Shown here: positions 57,169-64,000 of the stretch, in pieces
Position numbering within the stretch: position 1 is the first letter of the stretch
Layout: every line of letters starts with the position of its first letter
DNA from: Blastocatellia bacterium
Lineage (GTDB): Bacteria > Acidobacteriota > Blastocatellia > UBA7656
Assembly (NCBI GenBank): GCA_963765495.1
Contig: CAVXWP010000001.1
Coordinates: 1,024,001-1,088,000 of the forward strand
Reading direction: 5' to 3'
Length of the DNA stretch: 64,000 nt
Made by a program: the position numbers and the translations under genes
The notes under the pieces: model-generated
What the model was told of the DNA's origin: nothing
What the model saw: the letters and a program-made list of their open reading frames with translations, nothing else
The model's database searches: none

Positions 57169-60027
57169 ATGGATTTAACACCGGAGCAAAGAGCGCGGCT
57201 CGATATTGACCTGGCATTAAATGATGCTGGCTGGAAGGTACAGAACAGAGATTCAGTAAACCTCTACGCGGGCAGAGGCGTTGCTGTTCGGGAGTTCTCT
57301 CTACAAAAAGGCTACGGTGTCGCTGATTATCTGCTCTATGTTGACGCAAAAGCAGTCGGGGTTGTCGAGGCAAAGAAGCAAGGCGACACCCTCACCGGCG
57401 TAGAGATTCAAGCCGAACGCTACAGCGAAGGCGTGCCTGATTTGATTCCCGCTTTTGTTCGTCCGTTACCTTTTCTATATCAAAGCACAGGGGTTGAAAC
57501 TCGCTTTACCAATCGGCTCGATCCCGCTCCTCGCAGCAGAAATGTCTTTCACTTTCATCGCCCGGAGACTCTCGCTCAGTGGGTTACTACATCTCCCAGT
57601 TCGACGCTCCGCAGCCGCATTCAAACCATTCCTTCTCTCGACGGGGGAAATTTATGGCCCGCTCAAAAGAAGGCTGTGGCAAATCTTGAATGCTCACTGC
57701 GCGAAGATCGCCCGCGAGCCTTGATCCAGATGGCCACCGGAAGCGGCAAGACCTTTACTGCGGTGACTGCTGCATACCGTCAGATCAAGTTTGCAGATGC
57801 TTCACGGGCTCTCTTCCTTGTTGATCGGGCAAATCTGGGCAGACAGGCTCTCAAGGAATTCCAGCAGTACACTACTCCCGATGACGGTCGCAAATTTACC
57901 GAGCTTTATAATGTGCAGTTGCTTACCTCAAACCGAGTTGACCCTGTTTCTCGCGTAGTCATCACGACTATCCAGAGACTCTACTCGATGCTGCAAGGCA
58001 AAGAACTCGACCCCGACGCCGAGGAAGGCTCTCAGTACGATACCGCATCTGTGCCTATCTCTGAGCCGGTCCCCGTAGCGTACAACCACGCAATCCCGAT
58101 TGAGTTCTTCGACGTGATCTTTATTGATGAGTGCCATCGCTCCATCTATAGCCTCTGGCGGCAGGTGCTTGAGTATTTCGATGCTTACCTGATCGGGCTG
58201 ACCGCTACTCCATCGAAGCAGACATTCGGGTTCTTCAACAAGAATCTTGTGATGGAATACAACCACTCTCAGGCAGTGGCCGATGGTGTCAACGTAGACT
58301 TCGATGTTTACAAGATACGCACTCGCATCACAGAGCAAGGCTCGACGGTTGAGGCTGGACCATTTGAAGTGATCGGTAGGCGTGATAGAGAGACACGCGC
58401 CGTTCGCTGGGAAAAACTCGATGAAGATTTGAGCTACGATGCAAGCTCGCTCGACCGCACCGTAGTGGCTCAAGATCAAATCCGCACCATTGTCAGGACA
58501 TTCAAAGAGAAGCTCTTTACAGAGATATTCCCCGGTCGCGCAGATGTGCCCAAGACATTGATCTACGCTAAAGACGACAGCCACGCCGATGACATCGTTC
58601 AAATTGTTCGCGAGGAGTTTGGACGTGGAAATGATTTCTGCGAGAAGATAACCTATAAGACCGGCACTGCTCGCATCGTTGAGAAACAGACCGGGCCGGA
58701 TGGGGAAGAGGTAGAGAAGATCAGCTATACGGCCAGTGGAGTAAAGGCCGAAGACCTGCTTTCGTCATTTCGCAACAGGTACAACCCTCGGATAGTCGTT
58801 ACGGTGGATATGATCGCCACCGGCACCGACATAAAGCCGCTTGAGATCGTGATGTTTATGCGAGCGGTCAAGAGCCGCAACTTCTTCGAGCAGATGAAGG
58901 GGCGCGGTGTAAGGATCATAAACGACACAGACTTTCAGACTGTAACTACGGACGCAAAGAGCAAGACGCATTTTGTGATAGTGGACTGCGTAGGAGTGTG
59001 CGAGCAGGAGTTGAGCGAGACTTATCCGCTTGAGCGTCAGCGCAGCGTATCGTTTGACAGGCTCTTGAATGCGGTTGGGTTCGGCAATACTTCCCCCGAA
59101 GTGCTCTCATCGGTGGCGAGTCGTCTTGTTCGATTGGAGCAGAAAATAGGCGAGGCAGATCGAAAGGCGATCCGAGAGCTTGCCGGTGGGAAGACTCTCA
59201 AAGATATAGCATCGGGGATAATCAAGGCGCTCGACGCCGACCGGCAGGCAGAAGAGGCGCGGCGTGAAAATAATCTCTCCCAGGAAATAGAGCCTAGCTC
59301 TGAACAGATCAACAGGGCTGCGGGATGGATGCTTTCGGAAGCGGCGCAGCCTTTGGCCGCAAACCCTGCGCTCAGGAATCGGCTGCTTGAGACAAAGAAG
59401 CGATTCGAGCAGACGCTTGATACAACGAGCCAGGATGAGGTAACGGTGGCCGAGTTTTCAGAAGAGGCGAAATACCGGGCGAGCGCGATGGTTGAATCTT
59501 TCGAGAAATTCATTAAAGAGAACAGGGACGAGATAACGGCGCTCGAAGTGCTCTACAGCAAGCCTTATCGAAACCGGCTGCGATTAAAGGACATCAAGGC
59601 GCTGGCAGAGGCGATACAATCTCCGCCAAGATCGTGGACGACCGAGGTATTGTGGAAGGCATACGAGACACTGGATGAAAGCAAGGTGAAGGGGGCTGGC
59701 GGTAGCCGTCTGCTGACTGATATTGTTTCGCTCGTCCGGTTTGCGCTGCACGAAGAGGCAGAGCTTGTGCCTTACGTTGAAAGGGTCAAAGAGAGGTTTG
59801 AGAACTGGATAGCGCAGCAAGAGAATGCGGGGAAAAAATTCTCCCCCGAACAGAGACAATGGTTAGAGCTAATCCGGGATCACATAGCAGGGAATCTAAA
59901 GATCGAGATGGAAGATTTCGACTATGTACCCTTCGCGCAAAGAGGAGGAACGGGGAAGGCATATCAAGTATTTGGCGCTGAGTTGGAGAAAGTAATGAAC
60001 GAACTGAATGAGGTGCTGGCAGCGTGA
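57169..60027 (+). CDS. hsdR: Type I restriction endonuclease subunit R
   Basis: ADYLL..VVEAKK nuclease motif, MATGSGKT, DECH, LTAT, QMKGRG. Confidence 0.95.
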   Translation: MDLTPEQRARLDIDLALNDAGWKVQNRDSVNLYAGRGVAVREFSLQKGYGVADYLLYVDAKAVGVVEAKKQGDTLTGVEIQAERYSEGVPDLIPAFVRPLPFLYQSTGVETRFTNRLDPAPRSRNVFHFHRPETLAQWVTTSPSSTLRSRIQTIPSLDGGNLWPAQKKAVANLECSLREDRPRALIQMATGSGKTFTAVTAAYRQIKFADASRALFLVDRANLGRQALKEFQQYTTPDDGRKFTELYNVQLLTSNRVDPVSRVVITTIQRLYSMLQGKELDPDAEEGSQYDTASVPISEPVPVAYNHAIPIEFFDVIFIDECHRSIYSLWRQVLEYFDAYLIGLTATPSKQTFGFFNKNLVMEYNHSQAVADGVNVDFDVYKIRTRITEQGSTVEAGPFEVIGRRDRETRAVRWEKLDEDLSYDASSLDRTVVAQDQIRTIVRTFKEKLFTEIFPGRADVPKTLIYAKDDSHADDIVQIVREEFGRGNDFCEKITYKTGTARIVEKQTGPDGEEVEKISYTASGVKAEDLLSSFRNRYNPRIVVTVDMIATGTDIKPLEIVMFMRAVKSRNFFEQMKGRGVRIINDTDFQTVTTDAKSKTHFVIVDCVGVCEQELSETYPLERQRSVSFDRLLNAVGFGNTSPEVLSSVASRLVRLEQKIGEADRKAIRELAGGKTLKDIASGIIKALDADRQAEEARRENNLSQEIEPSSEQINRAAGWMLSEAAQPLAANPALRNRLLETKKRFEQTLDTTSQDEVTVAEFSEEAKYRASAMVESFEKFIKENRDEITALEVLYSKPYRNRLRLKDIKALAEAIQSPPRSWTTEVLWKAYETLDESKVKGAGGSRLLTDIVSLVRFALHEEAELVPYVERVKERFENWIAQQENAGKKFSPEQRQWLELIRDHIAGNLKIEMEDFDYVPFAQRGGTGKAYQVFGAELEKVMNELNEVLAA

Positions 60028-61650
60028 GCAAGGAGAATAATTTTCGTTTGCCAAATGGGTGGATAGAAATCGAATTGGGCAGATGTGCAATCGTCACTGA
60101 AAGACTAAGGGTAGCACTCCCACTACCTACGGCTATCAGTACCAATCAGATGGTATTGCCTTTGTACGGGTTGAAAATCTCTCGAACGGCTACATTGATA
60201 AGAATTCCATAACTACTTTCATTGATGAGGAGGCAGATGAGGCACTTAGGCGGTCACAGTTGAAAGCGGGGGATTTGTTATTCTCTATAGCTGAGCACGA
60301 TTGGTCGAACTCGACTCTTGTTCGGGAGCAAGATTTACCCGCCAGACACGAATCTGACGCTGAGTTATTGCATTCAATACGTGATACTGATCTCTAATAT
60401 TCATCCCCTCATTTCTTCGATTTGTCTTAAGCTCCCTAGCGCACACAGCATCAGGCTCAATCAGAAGCTCGTGGTGGGGCAATGAACAATATATCTCTTG
60501 CCAATGTTAAAGCTTTACTCCTTCCAGTTCCCCCTTTTGCCGAACAACACCGCATCGTTGCAGAGATTGAAAAACAATTTACCCGACTCGACGCAGCAGT
60601 ATCAGCACTCAAGAGAGTACAGGCTCAATTGAAGCGTTATCGCGCCTCCGTGCTCAAGACTGCTTGTGAAGGCAAACTCGTTCCGACAGAGGCAGAACTC
60701 GCTCGATCTGAGGGAAGAGACTACGAACCGGCAGATCAGTTGCTTGCGCGCATACTCAAAGAACGGCGGGCCAAGTGGGAGGCAGATCAGCTTGCGAAGA
60801 TGAAGGCTAAGGGGAAACCCCCAGGAGATGATAAGTGGAAAGAGAAGTATAAAGAACCCGACCCGCGCACTGATTTAAGCGAATTATCTTCCTTGCCGAA
60901 AGGGTGGATTTGGGTCAATTTAGAACAACTTTCTGATGAAACGCTAGCAAACACATCCGGAGATAATCAAACTAGGTGATCCTGTTCCTAAAGGTGTGCC
61001 AAACTTACGTACTGCGATTTCGGCACTTGTATTTTGATCTAAGCAGAGTTAAACAAATTGCTCCTGAATCGCTGCAAACTACAAGTGAATTTTTGCGAGG
61101 AGGCGAAATATTCGTTACGGTTCGCGGCACTTGGGCGGAGTTTCGGTAGTTCCGGACTCCTGCGCTGAATTTAAGTGTCACGTGAAGTCGCAATGTTGCT
61201 CTGTTCAAATGACATATGTCCGTGCTATAACGAAATTCTTGGCTCCTCATCTGTGCAAATGGTTATTGCGCTCACTCAAAAGGAACTGCTGGTCAATTCA
61301 ACCTGACGCTAGAAATCTGCCGTGATTTGCCGCTACCACTCCCACCTCTTGCAGAACAGCACCGTATCGTAGCCGAAGTTGAGCGCCGACTCTCCGTTAT
61401 TGAAGAAGTCGAAAATACTGTTGAGGCAAATCTAAAAAGAGCCGAGCGACTGAGGCAGTCAATTCTTAAACGCGCATTTGAAGGAAAGCTAGTCCCTCAA
61501 GACCCGAATGATGAGCCTGCAAGCGTGCTGCTCGAAAGGATCAGGGCAGAGCGCGAGGCTAAATCAGCAGAAACTCAAAAGAAAAAATCCCCCAGAAGGG
61601 CAAAAGGGAAATCCAAATCTAAATCAGCCGAACCGAGGCTTTTCAACTAA
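60024..61650 (+). pseudogene. hsdS: Type I specificity subunit S, multiply frameshifted in both TRDs
   Basis: LPNGW, PPFAEQHRIVAEIE, LPKGW, PPLAEQHRIVAEVE and AFEGKLVPQDPNDEPAS intact; TRD peptides scattered over different frames. Confidence 0.88.
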
Positions 61651-61662
61651 CACAAAACGATT

Positions 61663-63177
61663 ATGACCAATCATTCACAACAGATCGTTCAGAAACTCTG
61701 GAACTATTGCAACCTTCTTCGGGATGACGGGCTTTCTTACGGCGATTACGTCGAACAACTCACCTGCCTCTTATTCCTCAAGATGGCTCACGAACAGTCT
61801 CAGCCTCCGTGGAACAGACCTTCTCCTATTCCAGAGGGCTACGACTGGCCCAGCCTTCTATCAAAGGACGGGGACGCGCTCGAAACCCACTACCGCCATC
61901 TTCTCGAAGAACTTGGGAAGCAAAAGGGGATGCTTGGAATCGTCTACCGCAAGGCCCAGAACAAGATTCAAGACCCCGCAAAGTTGAGGCGTCTGATCGC
62001 TGACCTCATTGACCGGGAACAGTGGATGACGCTTGAGGCCGATGTGAAGGGGGATGCCTACGAAGGGCTGCTCGAAAAGAACGCTCAGGACACAAAGAGC
62101 GGCGCGGGGCAATACTTCACACCAAGACCTCTGATTGAGGCTCTCGTTGACGTGATTCGCCCTGCCCCCGGCGAGACTATCTGCGATCCGGCCTGCGGAA
62201 CGGGGGGCTTTCTACTGGCAGCGCACCGATATATCGCTGACCATAACCCAAATCTTGATAGGGATGAAAAGCGCCACCTCAAGCTCGATGCTCTCAGAGG
62301 CGTGGAGCTTGTGGATAGCGTTACCCGGCTCTGCGCGATGAACCTTCTCTTACACGGCATAGGCCCCACCGCAGAAGAAGCGCCTCCACCCATTCAGACC
62401 GATGACAGCCTGCGGGCAGACCCCGGCAGCAGGTTTGAAGTAGTGATGACAAATCCCCCTTTCGGCAAGAAGTCGAGCGTTATGGTTGTCAACGAAGAGG
62501 GCGATCAGGAGCGACAGGCATTAACCGTAGTGCGCGATGATTTCTGGACTTCGACAAGCAACAAACAACTCAACTTTGTGCAGCACGTAAAGACCATCTT
62601 GAAGATCAACGGACGGGCGGCAGTGGTCGTGCCCGATAACGTCCTGTTTGAAGGTGGAGCCGGGGAAACGATAAGGCGCAACCTGCTGAAAGACTGTGAT
62701 GTGCATACACTGCTGCGGCTGCCTACGGGGATATTCTACGCTCAGGGAGTGAAGGCAAATGTGCTGTTTTTTGACAAGAAACCGGCGAGCGGTACGGCCT
62801 GGACAAAGGAGCTTTGGATATACGACCTCCGCACGAATATGCACTTTACCTTGAAGACAAACCCGTTGAAGCGGTCTGATCTGGATGAGTTTGTAGAGTG
62901 TTACAAGGCGGAGAACAGGCACAGGCGAGAGGCTACCTGGACGGAGGAGAACCCGGAGGGACGCTGGAGGGCATACGGCTACGAAGAGTTGATCGAGCGA
63001 GACAAAGTGAGTCTGGACATCTTCTGGTTGAAGGATGAGAGCCTTGAGGATTCCGATAATCTTCCCTCGCCCGATTTGATTGCGGCAGAGATAGTCGAAG
63101 ACCTGCGGGCTGCATTGGAACAATTTGAAGAGATTGAAGCCGATCTTGGCGCGAGCGATGAAGTGGCAGTCTTATAG
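61663..63177 (+). CDS. hsdM: Type I methyltransferase subunit M (m6A)
   Basis: GAGQYFTPR, DPACGTGGFL, NPPF. Confidence 0.96.
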   Translation: MTNHSQQIVQKLWNYCNLLRDDGLSYGDYVEQLTCLLFLKMAHEQSQPPWNRPSPIPEGYDWPSLLSKDGDALETHYRHLLEELGKQKGMLGIVYRKAQNKIQDPAKLRRLIADLIDREQWMTLEADVKGDAYEGLLEKNAQDTKSGAGQYFTPRPLIEALVDVIRPAPGETICDPACGTGGFLLAAHRYIADHNPNLDRDEKRHLKLDALRGVELVDSVTRLCAMNLLLHGIGPTAEEAPPPIQTDDSLRADPGSRFEVVMTNPPFGKKSSVMVVNEEGDQERQALTVVRDDFWTSTSNKQLNFVQHVKTILKINGRAAVVVPDNVLFEGGAGETIRRNLLKDCDVHTLLRLPTGIFYAQGVKANVLFFDKKPASGTAWTKELWIYDLRTNMHFTLKTNPLKRSDLDEFVECYKAENRHRREATWTEENPEGRWRAYGYEELIERDKVSLDIFWLKDESLEDSDNLPSPDLIAAEIVEDLRAALEQFEEIEADLGASDEVAVL

Positions 63178-63291
63178 AGCAAGGCGTCTCAAGAAATTCC
63201 CCCGAGAAGAAGAGATAGTAGGGGACCAGGAGTTCGATGCAGAGTGTTCTGCCCAATTCCTTTTTGGCCCCCCGGTAGACGCATCCGACTG

Positions 63292-63966
63292 CTACTTTTT
63301 CAACTCAACCAGTATTACCTCTGCGGGCTTGTTGCCCGGGTTCTCAACCATATGTTTCTCGCCTGCTGCCCAGACTGCTTCTCCTGCCTTTCTGCTGGCC
63401 TCTCTCGTCTTACCGTCTGCGAGGGTAAACTTTGATGGTCCACTTGTCAGGAAGATCGCAACCGCGTCCGGGTGTTCGTGTTCCCTGGTCTTATCGTGTG
63501 GTTTGAACTTAATCCTCAGCACCCGCACACGGTCATTCTCTATTTCTACTTTATGGTGCTCAGGATCAACCTCCACAGGGTCTAAATCTACTTTTGTTGA
63601 AGTCGTTGCTGGCTCGCCCTTTAGTTCGACCAGTATCGCATTTACTGGTGTACTGCCCACATTTTCAGGCAGGTGCTTTTCTGCTTCGCTATACCCAACC
63701 TGCCCAGCTTTTCCGGCATTATCTGTCGTAGTTCCATCAGCGAGAGTAAACCTGTTCTTACTGTTGCTCAAGAAGACTACTACGCTGGCGGGATGTTCGT
63801 GCATCACAGACTTTTCTTTTGGATTGTAGTGAATCTTCAGAACTCTAACTTGATCATTTTCAAATAGAATCTTGTAGTGTTTGGAATCCACTTGAACCGG
63901 GTCCTGTGCAATAGCGGTTGAAGCGGTTATACCTAACAGAAAGGTGAGGAGCAAAATCTTACACAT
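63292..63966 (-). CDS. Secreted tandem cupin-domain protein
   Basis: Signal peptide; two copies of DPVxVDxxHxKxxxENDxVRVL...HEHP...H..EN; AGGAGG RBS. Confidence 0.8.
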   Translation of the reverse strand: MCKILLLTFLLGITASTAIAQDPVQVDSKHYKILFENDQVRVLKIHYNPKEKSVMHEHPASVVVFLSNSKNRFTLADGTTTDNAGKAGQVGYSEAEKHLPENVGSTPVNAILVELKGEPATTSTKVDLDPVEVDPEHHKVEIENDRVRVLRIKFKPHDKTREHEHPDAVAIFLTSGPSKFTLADGKTREASRKAGEAVWAAGEKHMVENPGNKPAEVILVELKK

Positions 63967-64000
63967 ATCCGTTGCCTCCTTACAGGCTAACCTTCAGATT

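Noticed and set aside
63125-63829. 234-aa plus-strand ORF
   Set aside because: Antisense to the cupin gene, which has an RBS, signal peptide and duplicated domain
51126-64000. Prophage
   Set aside because: No capsid, terminase, portal or lysis genes; the fibre-like protein has a signal peptide

Overview
This is a bacterial chromosomal window. Gene content and protein style suggest Acidobacteriota, probably Blastocatellia-like (inference). Positions 1-23.7 kb are mostly housekeeping: cysS, ilvE, kdsC, acs, recO, sucC, and a korAB 2-oxoacid:ferredoxin oxidoreductase bracketed by two CBS-domain genes. Positions 24-32.5 kb hold a Crp-family regulator and an Rhs polymorphic-toxin locus with a 496-bp duplicated core stub. 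Positions 35-48 kb hold a topoisomerase IB and a CarH/LitR (B12 photoreceptor)-controlled carotenoid cluster. At 50.2-51.0 kb, tRNA-Pro(UGG) is followed by a tRNA-Arg(UCU) split inside its anticodon by a 597-nt group I intron. The intron encodes an HNH endonuclease whose RBS and start codon lie in P1/P2 and whose reading frame runs through the ribozyme core. From 51 kb to the end is a tyrosine-integrase island on the 5' side of the tRNA genes, carrying a type I R-M system whose hsdS is frameshifted only in its TRDs. About 20 gene junctions carry tandem 7-mer or 9-mer arrays, mostly as inverted pairs, and these often supply stop codons. One pair encloses a four-helix-bundle gene. No database searches were run; all calls come from motif reading.
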